A stretch of 34,199 bases of DNA. It comes from an uncultured Hyphomicrobiales bacterium. Lineage in GTDB: Bacteria; Pseudomonadota; Alphaproteobacteria; Rhizobiales; Xanthobacteraceae. The notes under the pieces are model-generated. The model was not told where the DNA came from. It did not search any database and was given only the letters and a program-made list of their open reading frames with translations. The stretch is taken from positions 1 to 34,199 of the forward strand of contig CAITEM010000009.1 in assembly GCA_903891395.1 (NCBI GenBank), given 5' to 3'. Below, piece by piece: positions 9,701 through 18,873 of the stretch (its first letter is position 1; the number at the start of each line of letters is the position of its first letter). The position numbers and the translations under genes are program-made.

Positions 9701-10178
9701 GCAATTGCGAGGTGGTGGCCTCGTCGAGCACGGTGAAGCGCGCCGCGACATTGGCCTCGAACGGGAATTGATGCAGTAGCCGCGTGCAGAAGGCGTGAAT
9801 GGTCTGCACCTTCAGGCCGCCCGGCGTTTCCAGCGCCGACGCGAACAGCCGCCGCGCCTGGATGCGCTGCGCAGGCGTGGCCGGCTTGCCGGTGCTCTGC
9901 TCGATCTTCCGGGTCAGCGCCTCGTTGTCGAGCGTGGTCCATTCTGCCAGCGTGCCGAACACGCGGTTCGCCATGTTGGCGGCCGCGGCCTTAGTGAAGG
10001 TGATGCACAGAATTTTCGCCGGATCGACGCCGCGCAGCAGTAGATTGATGACGCGCTGCGCCAGCACGTGGGTCTTGCCGGAGCCGGCATTGGCGGCGAC
10101 GAAGGCCGACACGTCCGGGTCGGCGGCGTCGATCTGGACGCCGGTGACTTCTTTCGGGACGAGACGGGGCGTGGTCAT
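6768..10178 (-). CDS. addA: Double-strand break repair helicase/nuclease AddA
   Basis: ANAGSGKT (Walker A), ITFTKAAA, IDEAQDT, VGDEKQSIFSFQGA, TVHGAKGLE, LYVAMTRA, C-terminal GQIDRL...DFKT nuclease. Confidence 0.97.
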   Translation of the reverse strand: MTTPRLVPKEVTGVQIDAADPDVSAFVAANAGSGKTHVLAQRVINLLLRGVDPAKILCITFTKAAAANMANRVFGTLAEWTTLDNEALTRKIEQSTGKPATPAQRIQARRLFASALETPGGLKVQTIHAFCTRLLHQFPFEANVAARFTVLDEATTSQLLDELKLGVLLEAASDSSSALGKALATAIVVAADQTFKDVIDDAIRERDKIEAWIARAGSVEEAIAELTATLGLEPGDTRESLEAEFFSHSLIPAAEWPLLIEILDSGSANDKKHVAALETARKTVGRDRIDAYLKVFCTATLEPRKNVVTGAIAKKHPDWLDRLLAEQGRVCKLLARERALTARDRTGALITIAAEVITRYAREKERRALLDYDDLIDKTLALFSAASAAWVLYKLDLGIDHVLIDEAQDTSPKQWSIVRTIVSEFTPGGARPNVKRTVFAVGDEKQSIFSFQGAAPRAFDEMRREFDRQFNTPDQGWRYLRFHHSFRSGENVLGSVDRVFAAPETFASITTDLAGIPPHESLPGAAPGLVELWPLIAPAERKDMEGWDAPFDTESEESPRVLLARKIAAQVKRWMAQGLKPGDVLVLVRQRGPLFEAIIRALKTAGIPVAGADRLVLTEHIAVMDLMALTDALLLPHDDLALASVLKSPLFGLTEQQLFDLAWNRKGTLRDSLRAKAADDMTFAAADTALSEWAEASRKLTPFGLFSHVLGASRGRQKILARLGPEANDALDEFLNLALDYETRQTPSLQGFIAWLRAARAEVRRDMEMARDEVRVMTVHGAKGLEANTVILADTTTKPGGPKDPRLLTLQSGALVWGTARAADAGLMSEARSKVQQEARDEYRRLLYVAMTRAAERLVICGAQGQNKIPDGCWYQLVETALTPYCVIEPAEDGDGEVLRFRKGDALPLQSAGDTAKPPSPPVALPAWLTSNAKPDRAGPRTLTPSSADDDDATRALAPGSSEEALLRGTLAHRLMQSLPDVPSERRLQAAQDYLARRGGKLSAGDRAQLAAQVRLVLEDPRFAALYGPASRAEVPIVGRLDIGGKAVRVSGQIDRLAVTPDSVLIADFKTNRPAPRRIEDVPPLYVRQLALYRAVLARLYPDKTLRTAVIWTEVPDLMEFSGAALDAALAGITPA

Positions 10179-13100
10179 TCGCCACCCTCCTCATCGCCGC
10201 CGCCGGACAGCGACCATTCCTTGACACGGGCGAGGTGGTCGTAGTCGCCGTAATGATTGGTCCACATCGGATGGACCAGCGACAGATAGGGCGTGTCCTT
10301 GTTCTCGAAGTCGGCCGCCAGCTTCTTGAGCTGGGTCAGGGCGTGGTCGGCTTGCGTGTCGGGCGTGCCCTCTTTGAATGTAATGGCGAGGTGCTTGCCG
10401 GGCGGCTCGCCGCCCTTCAGCGTGACGTAGGCGAGTTCCGATACGGAGCCGGGCAGAACGGTGCCGAATTTGCCGCTGCGCAGGATGGCGGCTTCCAGCG
10501 TCAGTTGCGGCGCGAGACCTGTGCGCACCTGCTTCTCGGTGCGCCCCGCGCCGGTCTTGTAGTCGATAATGACATAGCTGCCATCGTGTCGCTGTTCGAT
10601 GCGGTCGGCGATGGCCGACAGCGTGAACTCGCGTTGGCCGATGGGGAATTTTACTTCGCCGCGAATTTCCGCGTGCAACGTCTTGATATCGAGGCGGCGC
10701 TCGCCGTCCCACTGTACGAACCAGCCGGTAATACGCTTGAAGCGCGGCCACCAGAACGCGCGCGCTTCCTCGTAATCGTTCAGCGGCGCGAAGCGGGTTT
10801 CGCCCAGCGTCAGCAATTCCTGCGAGGGATCTGCGGGAAGGGCGGCGGCGAAGTTGGACGTGAAGTCGCCGATGGCGCCGTGAATGACGGTGCCGCGGTC
10901 GCGCGCGCCCGGTGGCGTATCGACGGCGTCGAGCGGCGCCAGCCGGAGAATATATTTGGCGTAGATCGTATAAGGATCGCGCAGCCAGTCCTCGATCGCC
11001 GTTACCGACAGTTTGGATGGCCGCGCCTCGATCGGCGGCTTCGGCGCGGGACGTTCGGCGGCCTTGATTTGCGCCGGGTGATCGAGCGCGCGAGCGTAGT
11101 CGAGATAGCGTGTGCCGCGCGCCAGCACTTCCTTCCAGCGCTCCTTGCCGGCCAGCGCGGCGATGCGCTGCACGAAGCGCGAGGTCACCGTCGGCGCACC
11201 GCCGACTTTTGCTGCGCGCGACAGAATGATTTCTGGTGCGCCCAGCGCCTGCGCGAAGTCGTGCGCGGACAGGCCGATACGGCGTTCCGGCGGATCGAGG
11301 CCGAGGTCGCGGCGCATCGGACGCGACAGCCAAGGATCGCTGCGCGTTTCCGGCGGCCAGGTGGCCTCGTTGAGGCCGGCGAGCAGGACGCGGTCGATCG
11401 ATTGCAGGCGCGCTTCGAGCGGGCCGAAGATGCGAATGTGGACGTCGCGCGCTTCCGGCCGCCGCACCACGCGGTCGCCGATGGCGATCTGGAACAGCTC
11501 AGGGTAGTCGTTTCTGTCGGCCGCCAGACTTGCCGCGGATGGACTCAAGACGAGCTTGTCCAGAGCGTCAAAAAGCGCGGTCCCATCGTTGTTGGCGAAG
11601 GCGGCACTGTCGTCTTTTGTAGATCGGCTGAGTTCGGCGATGACGTCGCGATGACGCTTTGCCAGGTCGCTCAGCTTGTGATCGCCTCGCGTCACGGTTT
11701 CAAGCGGAGCCAGCGCCGTCTTGAGCCGCGCGATCAGGTCCGCAGCGGTGTCGAGTTCCAGGCCGGTGATCGTCTTGCGCGGGTCGCTGTCATGCAGCTT
11801 CGATTGATTGGAGCGGAAGGTCGCGAGCGCCTGCGCAAGGCCTTCGCTGCCGCGGCGCGGCCGCGGACCGCGCAGCAGCGCGCGTTCCAGCGTGACGATG
11901 GCGGCGGTGTGGGTGCCCGCAACAGCGCCGAGGCGTAGCAGCGGATGCTTCAGCAAAGCCAGCAGCGTCACCGGTTCAAGGCCTTTGAGCGCGGCCTCGA
12001 CCGCGAGGCGCGCGAATACGCCCGCCGGCGTGTCAGCCAGCGCGTCGCCGCCGGAATCGTCCACCATGACCTGCCAACGCGCCAAGGCGGCAACGACGCG
12101 GCGCGCCAGCGCGCGGTCGGGCGTGATCAGCGCGGCGGTCTTGTCCGGCGTCTCGGCGGCCTCGCGCAAGCAGACCGCGATCGCCAGCGCTTCTTCCTCG
12201 GCATTGGCCGCCTCGATCATGCCGACCGATTGCAGCGCATTGGCTGCGGCCGTGTCGAAGGATTCGGCATTGCGGCGCGCCAGCCAGTGCTCGGTGGTGG
12301 ACGCGGGGCGCAGAGCCTCTGACACCAGCATTTCGCGGCCATGCGCGGCGGGCATGCTCAGCGGCTGCACCTCCGCGCGCGTCATGCCGATCCGCGTCAG
12401 CAGCGCCTGCATGGCGAATTGCGCATGACCGGCCGCGGGCATCTGGTCGTGCGCCTTGGCGTCCGCGCCGCCGGCGATCATTTCCCAAGATGCGTCGTCG
12501 AGATCGGTGTCGAGGCCGGGCAGCACCACGGCGCCGTGCGGCAGCATCGCGATGGTCGCGAGCAGTTTAGCGGTGGCCGGCATCGAGCCGGTGGAGCCGG
12601 CGGCGATGACCGGCGCGGTGCTCGTGGCGAGACGTTTCTGTTCGGCTTCTATCAATCGGTCACGGCGCGTGGCGGCCTCGATGGCATTGAGCTCGGCGAG
12701 CCGCGCCGGCCAGTATTCGCGCGCGATCTTGAGAAACCGCAGTGACAGTTGCCAGTAGACGTCGAGATCGTCCGGCACCAGGCCGTCGAGCTTCTTCCAG
12801 TCGACCTGGCGCGTCGTCATGTCGTCGATCAGACGGGCGAGATCGTCGGCAAGCCCAAGGGCTGCTTGCGGTGTGTTCGCGATCAGCGCCGCGCCTTGCG
12901 CGCCGCGCACTTCGGGCGTGTTCGCCCATTTCAGAATGAGTTCGGCGAGGATCAAGCGCCGTTCCAGCGGCTCAAGGGCAGCGGGGAGCGTCAGCGCGGC
13001 TTCGGCCAATTCACCGGTCGCGACCTGCGCGAACACGATCTCGTCTTCGTCGATGTCGCCGATGGGGACGATGCGCGGCAGGATCGCGGCGTCGCCGTCC

Positions 13101-13300
13101 ATCCGTTCCAGGAACATTTCGCGTGCGAGACGGCAGGCGCGCCGCGTCGGCAGATAAAGCGTGGCGCGGGCCAGTTCGAGCGGATCGCTCGAGGCGGGAA
13201 AGCCTTTGACGAGCGTGCCCGCGCGCAGGGCGTCGATCAGCACCGCCAAAAACGGCGCCGAGGCGGGAATGTTGAAAACGTTGGGTGTCGCGGCCGGCAT
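10175..13300 (-). CDS. addB: Double-strand break repair protein AddB
   Basis: LYLPTRRA, AGSTGS, GPLEARL, LSVTAIEDWLRDPY, ADRIE...IIDYKTG PD-(D/E)XK nuclease; coupled to addA by an ATGA overlap. Confidence 0.96.
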   Translation of the reverse strand: MPAATPNVFNIPASAPFLAVLIDALRAGTLVKGFPASSDPLELARATLYLPTRRACRLAREMFLERMDGDAAILPRIVPIGDIDEDEIVFAQVATGELAEAALTLPAALEPLERRLILAELILKWANTPEVRGAQGAALIANTPQAALGLADDLARLIDDMTTRQVDWKKLDGLVPDDLDVYWQLSLRFLKIAREYWPARLAELNAIEAATRRDRLIEAEQKRLATSTAPVIAAGSTGSMPATAKLLATIAMLPHGAVVLPGLDTDLDDASWEMIAGGADAKAHDQMPAAGHAQFAMQALLTRIGMTRAEVQPLSMPAAHGREMLVSEALRPASTTEHWLARRNAESFDTAAANALQSVGMIEAANAEEEALAIAVCLREAAETPDKTAALITPDRALARRVVAALARWQVMVDDSGGDALADTPAGVFARLAVEAALKGLEPVTLLALLKHPLLRLGAVAGTHTAAIVTLERALLRGPRPRRGSEGLAQALATFRSNQSKLHDSDPRKTITGLELDTAADLIARLKTALAPLETVTRGDHKLSDLAKRHRDVIAELSRSTKDDSAAFANNDGTALFDALDKLVLSPSAASLAADRNDYPELFQIAIGDRVVRRPEARDVHIRIFGPLEARLQSIDRVLLAGLNEATWPPETRSDPWLSRPMRRDLGLDPPERRIGLSAHDFAQALGAPEIILSRAAKVGGAPTVTSRFVQRIAALAGKERWKEVLARGTRYLDYARALDHPAQIKAAERPAPKPPIEARPSKLSVTAIEDWLRDPYTIYAKYILRLAPLDAVDTPPGARDRGTVIHGAIGDFTSNFAAALPADPSQELLTLGETRFAPLNDYEEARAFWWPRFKRITGWFVQWDGERRLDIKTLHAEIRGEVKFPIGQREFTLSAIADRIEQRHDGSYVIIDYKTGAGRTEKQVRTGLAPQLTLEAAILRSGKFGTVLPGSVSELAYVTLKGGEPPGKHLAITFKEGTPDTQADHALTQLKKLAADFENKDTPYLSLVHPMWTNHYGDYDHLARVKEWSLSGGGDEEGGE

Positions 13301-13333
13301 AGACCGCGAATCTATACACGGTTTGGCGGAGCG

Positions 13334-14062
13334 CTACTGCGCGCTGGCCTTGATCGCGGCTTCGGCGGTGCCGATCGATTCGGGCGTGCCGACGTGCATC
13401 CACAGGCCTTCGAGGCGCAGGCCAGACAGGCGGCCAGCTTCGGCGGCGCGCATGAACAGGGTGGTCAGCGAGAATTTGCCTTGCGGCGCGTCGGCAAACA
13501 GCGCGGGGGAGAAGATCGCGGCGCCGGCATAGACGAAGGGCGCCACCTCGCGCTCGGGACGGCGGCGCAGGCGGCCGTCCGAGGCCATGTTGAAGTCGCC
13601 CCGGCCGTCATAGCCGATGCTGCCGGCGATCGGCGCCAGCAGCAGCAAAGCGTCCATGGTGGCGGGGTCGAAGGTCTCGGCCAGGCGCGTGAGGTTGGGC
13701 TTCACGCCGTCGATCCAGACGGTGTCGGCGTTGAGATGGAAAAACGGCGCGTCGCCGAGTTCGGGCAAGGCATTCACCACGCCGCCGCCGGTGTCGAGCA
13801 GTACGCCGCGCTCGTCGGAGATCGTGATCTGCGGCCGCGTGCGGCCTTCGACGTGGGCGATGATCTGCTCGGCGAAGTGATGGACGTTGACGATTGCATG
13901 CTCGACGCCGGCTTCTGCGAGGCGGTCGAGCACATGATCGAGCAGCGGCTTGCCGGCGACCTTCACCAGCGGCTTCGGCATGGTGTCGGTGAGCGGACGC
14001 ATGCGCGTGCCGAGGCCCGCGGCCAGCACCATGGCGCGGCGCGGGGTGTTCGGTGTCGTCAT
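13334..14062 (-). CDS. murU: N-acetylmuramate alpha-1-phosphate uridylyltransferase (nucleotidyltransferase)
   Basis: AMVLAAGLGTRMRPLT..PKPL, LDTGGG, WMHVGTP. Start set at 14062 (ATGA overlap with the upstream gene); adjacent to an AmgK-like kinase. Confidence 0.85.
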   Translation of the reverse strand: MTTPNTPRRAMVLAAGLGTRMRPLTDTMPKPLVKVAGKPLLDHVLDRLAEAGVEHAIVNVHHFAEQIIAHVEGRTRPQITISDERGVLLDTGGGVVNALPELGDAPFFHLNADTVWIDGVKPNLTRLAETFDPATMDALLLLAPIAGSIGYDGRGDFNMASDGRLRRRPEREVAPFVYAGAAIFSPALFADAPQGKFSLTTLFMRAAEAGRLSGLRLEGLWMHVGTPESIGTAEAAIKASAQ

Positions 14063-15600
14063 TTCAGGGCTTTCAACGGCGGGACGTGGAGTTTGTACCA
14101 ACTTTGCAGCGGCGCCAGCGCCGGATGCGCCAAAGAGCGCTGCAGATAGCCCCATACGCGCGGCAGATGACGTAAATATTGCGGCTTGCCGTCGCGTTTC
14201 TCCAGCCGCGCAAAGATGCCAAGGATCTTGGAGGCGCGCTGTGCGGCCAGCGTCGCATAGGCGCGCACGAAGGCCGGGGCGTCGAAGCCGGGTTCGGCCT
14301 TCAGCCGCGCGCGCGTGTAGCGCGACAACAGCGATATTTCGACCATCTCCGGCACATCGACGCGGGCGTCCTGCAGCAGCGAAGCGACGTCGTAGGCCGG
14401 CGAGCCCATCACGGCATCCTGGAAATCCAGCAAGCCGATGCGGCCGGTGCCCTGACGTTCCGGAAGCCACATCAGGTTGGGCGAATGATAATCGCGCATC
14501 ACCCAGGTCGCCGGCGCCTGGATCACCGGCATCAGCGCGTCGCGCCACAGTGACAGGAAAACGTCGCGTTTGTTGTCGGAGATTTTGGTGTCGAGTTTGG
14601 GCAGATACCAATCGAGCAGCAATTCGGCTTCGATCAGCAGCGCCTCGAGATCGTATTTCGGCAGCCGGTATTCGACGGCGGGTTCGACAGGCAATATGTC
14701 GGGCACGCGGTTGCGATGCAGTGCCGCCAGAACATCGACCGCGGTTTCGTAACGCTCTTCGATCGGTGCCGGCGGATCGCCGGCCACCACGACCTCGCGG
14801 CCGAAATCCTCGATCAGCAGCAACCCGGCCTCGCGGTCGCTGGCGAAAATCGCCGGCGCGGAAAAGCCCAGTTCGCGCAACGCCAGCGTCATGGCGATGA
14901 ACGGCGTCACGTCCTCGGCGAGATGGGCGATGGCGCTGTATGGCTTGCCGTCGCGCACCACCGGTCCGTCGGGGCGGCGCGGTGAGTTCATCAGGATGTA
15001 GGTGGCGCCGTCCGCCGTCAGGCGTTCGTAGGCGCGGGTCGATGCGTCGCCCTGCATGTGCCGGCGTTCGGCCAGCGCAAAACCGGCGCGCGCCAGGAAA
15101 CGGCGGATCGTGGCGATGCGTTCGGCCCTGGCGGCGAAGTTGCCGTAGCCGGTAATGCGGACGTTGCGGAAGGTCTCACCTTGCGGCGGCGACAGCGTCA
15201 GTGCGACGTCGAGCCGGTTCGCCGGCAGAAATCCGGCGGCGCGGTCGGGCCATTCCAGCAGCGTTACGGCATTTTCGGAAGCGTCCTCGAAACCGAGTTC
15301 GGCAAGTTCGCCCGGCCCCGACAGCCGGTACAGGTCGGCATGCAGCAGGTTGAAGCGCGGCAGTTCGTAGGTCTGCATGATGGTGAAGGTCGGGCTCGGC
15401 ACCTCGATCCGCTCGTCGCCGGCGAAATGGCGGATCAGCGCGCGCGCGACGGTGGCCTTGCCGGCGCCGAGAACGCCCGACAGCGTAATCAGGTCGCCGG
15501 TCTCGATGGTGGCGGCGATGTCGGTCATCAGCCGGCGGGTGGCCTGCTCGTCCTCAAGCGCGACCGTGAAGCTGAAACCGTCGGAAGACGTGGGAAACAT
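14059..15600 (-). CDS. tsaE: TsaE (t6A biosynthesis ATPase) fused to an AmgK-like sugar/aminoglycoside phosphotransferase
   Basis: N-terminal LSGxLGAGK, VPSPTFT, HADLYRL, EWPDR; C-terminal GDASTRAYERL, RDYHSPNL, LDFQDA, YDVASLLQD, KILGIFARL. Walker A reads GKA rather than GKT. Confidence 0.9.
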   Translation of the reverse strand: MFPTSSDGFSFTVALEDEQATRRLMTDIAATIETGDLITLSGVLGAGKATVARALIRHFAGDERIEVPSPTFTIMQTYELPRFNLLHADLYRLSGPGELAELGFEDASENAVTLLEWPDRAAGFLPANRLDVALTLSPPQGETFRNVRITGYGNFAARAERIATIRRFLARAGFALAERRHMQGDASTRAYERLTADGATYILMNSPRRPDGPVVRDGKPYSAIAHLAEDVTPFIAMTLALRELGFSAPAIFASDREAGLLLIEDFGREVVVAGDPPAPIEERYETAVDVLAALHRNRVPDILPVEPAVEYRLPKYDLEALLIEAELLLDWYLPKLDTKISDNKRDVFLSLWRDALMPVIQAPATWVMRDYHSPNLMWLPERQGTGRIGLLDFQDAVMGSPAYDVASLLQDARVDVPEMVEISLLSRYTRARLKAEPGFDAPAFVRAYATLAAQRASKILGIFARLEKRDGKPQYLRHLPRVWGYLQRSLAHPALAPLQSWYKLHVPPLKALK

Positions 15601-15663
15601 CGAATCATCCGCGTGAAGGCCCCAACGTTATAAACGTCGCGGACGGCGGGAAGAAGCTTCGCG

Positions 15664-15912
15664 CTAATGGCGGGGTCCAGGCGGGCGGCCGTTTTTGCGC
15701 AGGAATTCCTGGCCAGTGGCGGTGACGACGATGCGCATGACCTGGCCCGGCACCGGCTCGCGCTTGACCAGGCCGCGATCCACCGCATCCTCCCAAACCG
15801 TGAGCCTCGGACATGAAGTCCGCCAGGCGTCGATGACGGCCGCATAGGGCCGCGGCTCCTTGGCGACCCATTCGACGAGGTCGAGCACGAGCGGATCGAG
15901 CGGGTGGGTCAT
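15664..15912 (-). CDS. Small hypothetical protein (82 aa), possibly winged-helix
   Basis: MTHPLDPLVLDLVEWV...AWRTSCPRLTVWEDAVDRGLV...VTATGQEFL with AAGGGG upstream; the C-terminal pattern resembles wHTH wings. Confidence 0.7.
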   Translation of the reverse strand: MTHPLDPLVLDLVEWVAKEPRPYAAVIDAWRTSCPRLTVWEDAVDRGLVKREPVPGQVMRIVVTATGQEFLRKNGRPPGPRH

Positions 15913-16175
15913 TCGAAACCCCCTTGGGCGCGGCGGATAGCCGAAACAATAAGCAGAATAATCCAAGGCCCGGTTAACCGAAACCGGCGTGTTATAGGCG
16001 AAAAGTCCTGAATTGCGAAGCAGCCGCGGTTAAGGGAGATGACGGGTTCCAAGCTGTTTACATGTCGGACAAAAGCGTTACCGAAGATTAAGCACGTATG
16101 CGCTTTAGCGGACATACTCACTTTTCAATTACCAGTGGCCGCTAGATTTCCCAGGTTCAACTTGGATACCGGGGA

Positions 16176-18689
16176 ATGTACGCGTTCCAAAAAGCCCTCT
16201 CGATTTTGTATCGTGGCACGGCGATGTCTTTCTTCCGCCGCGCCCGGAATCTACGATCCGAACAACAGCAGGCCGAGCGCTACAACACCGACCCGGCGGC
16301 GCGGCTGTCGATGGTGTTCGACAATATTCCGCAGGGAATATTGATGTTCGATTCCAGCAAACACCTCGTGGTCTGCAACGATTATTATCTGCGGATGTAC
16401 AGTCTGTCCGCCGACATCGTGAAGCCGGGCGCGTCGCTGCTGGAGATTTTCAAACACCGCGTCGAGCGTGGCAATCTCAAGGGCGATGCCGAGGAATACT
16501 ATGCCGACACGCTCGAACGTTTCGAGAAACACGAGGTCGTGCGCCGGATCGTCCAGACCGAGGACGGCCGTGAGATCGCCATCACCGATTATCCGGTGGC
16601 CGACGGCGGCTGGGTCGCGACCCACGAGGACCGCACCGAATTGCGCCGCCGCGACGAATCGTTTCGGCTGCTGTTCGAGAACAACCCGGTGGCGATGTGG
16701 CTGTTCGACCGTGAGACGCTCCGTTATATCGCGGTCAACGACGCCGCACTGGCGTGTTACGGCTACAGTCGCGAGCAATTCCTGTCGATGCGGGTGACCG
16801 ATACGCGTTCCGACGACCCCGTGAGCGCGGAAGCGGCCATACGCGCCCTGCCAGACATTCAGAACAATCAGAATGTCTGGATGCACAAGCGGGCCGACGG
16901 CACGATCTTTCCCGTCTCGATTTGCTCAAGAAACATGAATTACGAGCGGCGGCAGGTGCGCCTGGCCGCGATCTATGATGTCAGCGCGCAAAAGCAGGCC
17001 GAAAACGATCTGCGCCGGACCAAGAAATTTCTCGACGTCGTGATCGAAAATGTTCCGCTGCCGGTCGTCGTGAAATCCGCGGCGGATGGCCGGTTCCAGT
17101 TGATCAACAAGGCGGCCGAGGATCTGCACGGCTATCGCCGCGAGGAGACGGTCGGCAAGACGCTGTTCGACATATTTTCAAGAGAACGTGCGGAGCGGAT
17201 CGCTGCGCAAGACGTCGAGTGTTTGCGGAACGAAAGCCGGGTTTCAGTTCAGGAGCACTCGGTATCGACCCATCGCGGTGACAAGCTTATCAGCACCAGG
17301 AAAGTGGTGATTCCCGGCGACGATGGTACGCCCGAATATATCCTGACGATGATCGACGATATCACCGAGCGCCGCCGTACGGAGCAGCGCATTTCCCACA
17401 TGGCGCTCAGCGACTCTTTGACAGACCTGCCGAACCGGTCCGCGTTCAACGAACGGCTGTCCTCCACGCTGAAAGCGGCGGCAAAGTCCGGTGAAACCTT
17501 TGCGATCCTGTGTCTGGATCTCGACGGCTTCAAGGGCATCAACGACATTTACGGCCACAGCGTCGGCGACACGCTGCTGTGCCAGATCGCTGGCCGGCTG
17601 CGGTCCGTTGCCGACGGCTGCTTCATCGCGCGCCTCGGTGGCGACGAATTCACGATGATCGCCAAGAACAAAAGCAGGGAAGAACTGGAGCAATTGACGG
17701 GCCGCCTTCGCGCCGCCTTCGTCAAAGACTTCGACGTCGGCGACCATCGGCTGCCGCAGACATTGAGCATCGGCGTGGCGGTCTATCCGGCCGATGGCGG
17801 CGACACCAAGACTCTGCTGATCAACGCCGACGCCGCGCTGTATCGCGCCAAGGCCGAAGGCCCCGGCTCGGTGGCCTTCTACAAGACCGAGATGACGACG
17901 CGGCTGCGCGAGCGTGCGGCGCTCCAGGCCGATTTGAAATCCGCCATCGAGCGCGACGAACTGCGTCTGCATTATCAGCCGCAATTGAAGATCACGGGCG
18001 AGATCAAAGGTTTCGAGGCGCTGGCGCGCTGGTATTGCCCGAAGCGCGGCACCGTGCCGCCGTCCGAATTTATCCCGCTTGCCGAGGAAAGCAGCCTGAT
18101 CCTGCTGCTGGGCGAATGGGTGTTGCGCCAGGCGTGCCGCGAAGCGGCGTCCTGGAAAAAGCCGCTGAGCATTGCGATCAACGTGTCGCCCGTGCAATTC
18201 CGTTATGGCGATCTGCCGCGGCTGGTTCATTCCATCCTGCTTGAGACAGGACTGCCGGCGAACCGACTCGAACTTGAAATCACCGAAGGCGTTCTGATCG
18301 ACGATTTCTCGCGCGCGGTTTCCATCCTGCGGCGGATCAAGGCGCTGGGCGTGCGTATCGCGCTCGACGATTTCGGCAAAGGTTATTCGTCTCTGTCGTA
18401 CCTGCGGGCCTTCCCGTTCGACAAGATCAAGATCGACCGCTCGTTCGTCACCGATCTCGTCAGCAATCATCAGTCGGTTGCGATCATTCACGCCGTGATT
18501 GGGCTTGGGCGCAGCCTCAATATCCCGATTCTCGCCGAAGGTGTCGAAACCAAAGCGCAGCTCGACATTCTCGAAGAAGAAGGCTGCAACGAAATCCAAG
18601 GCTATCTCACGGGCAAGCCGCTCGACATCGCGGATTACGCCGACGCTGTCGGCCGTACGCCGGTTGCGCACATCGCGAAAGCGAGCTGA
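16176..18689 (+). CDS. PAS-PAS-PAS-GGDEF-EAL diguanylate cyclase/phosphodiesterase
   Basis: Three PAS-like repeats, DSLTDLPNR, DLDGFKGIND, RLGGDEF, YQPQ, FEALARW, ELEITE, DDFGKGYSSL, KIDRSF, AEGVET, QGY. Start may be 16224. Confidence 0.95.
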   Translation: MYAFQKALSILYRGTAMSFFRRARNLRSEQQQAERYNTDPAARLSMVFDNIPQGILMFDSSKHLVVCNDYYLRMYSLSADIVKPGASLLEIFKHRVERGNLKGDAEEYYADTLERFEKHEVVRRIVQTEDGREIAITDYPVADGGWVATHEDRTELRRRDESFRLLFENNPVAMWLFDRETLRYIAVNDAALACYGYSREQFLSMRVTDTRSDDPVSAEAAIRALPDIQNNQNVWMHKRADGTIFPVSICSRNMNYERRQVRLAAIYDVSAQKQAENDLRRTKKFLDVVIENVPLPVVVKSAADGRFQLINKAAEDLHGYRREETVGKTLFDIFSRERAERIAAQDVECLRNESRVSVQEHSVSTHRGDKLISTRKVVIPGDDGTPEYILTMIDDITERRRTEQRISHMALSDSLTDLPNRSAFNERLSSTLKAAAKSGETFAILCLDLDGFKGINDIYGHSVGDTLLCQIAGRLRSVADGCFIARLGGDEFTMIAKNKSREELEQLTGRLRAAFVKDFDVGDHRLPQTLSIGVAVYPADGGDTKTLLINADAALYRAKAEGPGSVAFYKTEMTTRLRERAALQADLKSAIERDELRLHYQPQLKITGEIKGFEALARWYCPKRGTVPPSEFIPLAEESSLILLLGEWVLRQACREAASWKKPLSIAINVSPVQFRYGDLPRLVHSILLETGLPANRLELEITEGVLIDDFSRAVSILRRIKALGVRIALDDFGKGYSSLSYLRAFPFDKIKIDRSFVTDLVSNHQSVAIIHAVIGLGRSLNIPILAEGVETKAQLDILEEEGCNEIQGYLTGKPLDIADYADAVGRTPVAHIAKAS

Positions 18690-18806
18690 CAGGTTTCACT
18701 GCCATCGTCACGCCACGGTTTCACCGCGTCAGAACCGCGGTTCCCGGGCTTTTATCACATCATCGCCATCGTTCGGAGACGCACGGCGCTCATGCGCGTG
18801 CAGTGC

Positions 18807-18831
18807 GGAACGCATCGCCGCCACCTGTGTT
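18807..18831 (+). promoter_or_regulatory. Putative EcfG (sigma-T, general stress response) promoter
   Basis: GGAAC-N17-GTT ending about 40 bp upstream of the 18874 start; close to the alphaproteobacterial EcfG consensus GGAAC-N16/17-CGTT. Confidence 0.55.
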
Positions 18832-18873
18832 GGCAGCATACGGGCGCGGGCTAGCATATCTCAGGAGACAACA

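Noticed and set aside
14063-14611. Long N-terminal extensions on murU, ubiB (to 28972), trxA (to 6717) and the 18499 ORF
   Set aside because: ORF-caller artefacts that overlap neighbouring genes or promoters; the true starts are supported by ribosome-binding sites or stop/start overlaps.
14059-15600. TsaE-phosphotransferase fusion as a new system
   Set aside because: The fusion and its linkage to murU-addB-addA are commonly seen in Hyphomicrobiales; only the P-loop anomaly is reported.
15971-16092. TTAA-containing motifs upstream of the GGDEF-EAL gene as CtrA boxes
   Set aside because: None fits TTAA-N7-TTAA; the best candidate has 6-nt spacing and a mismatch.
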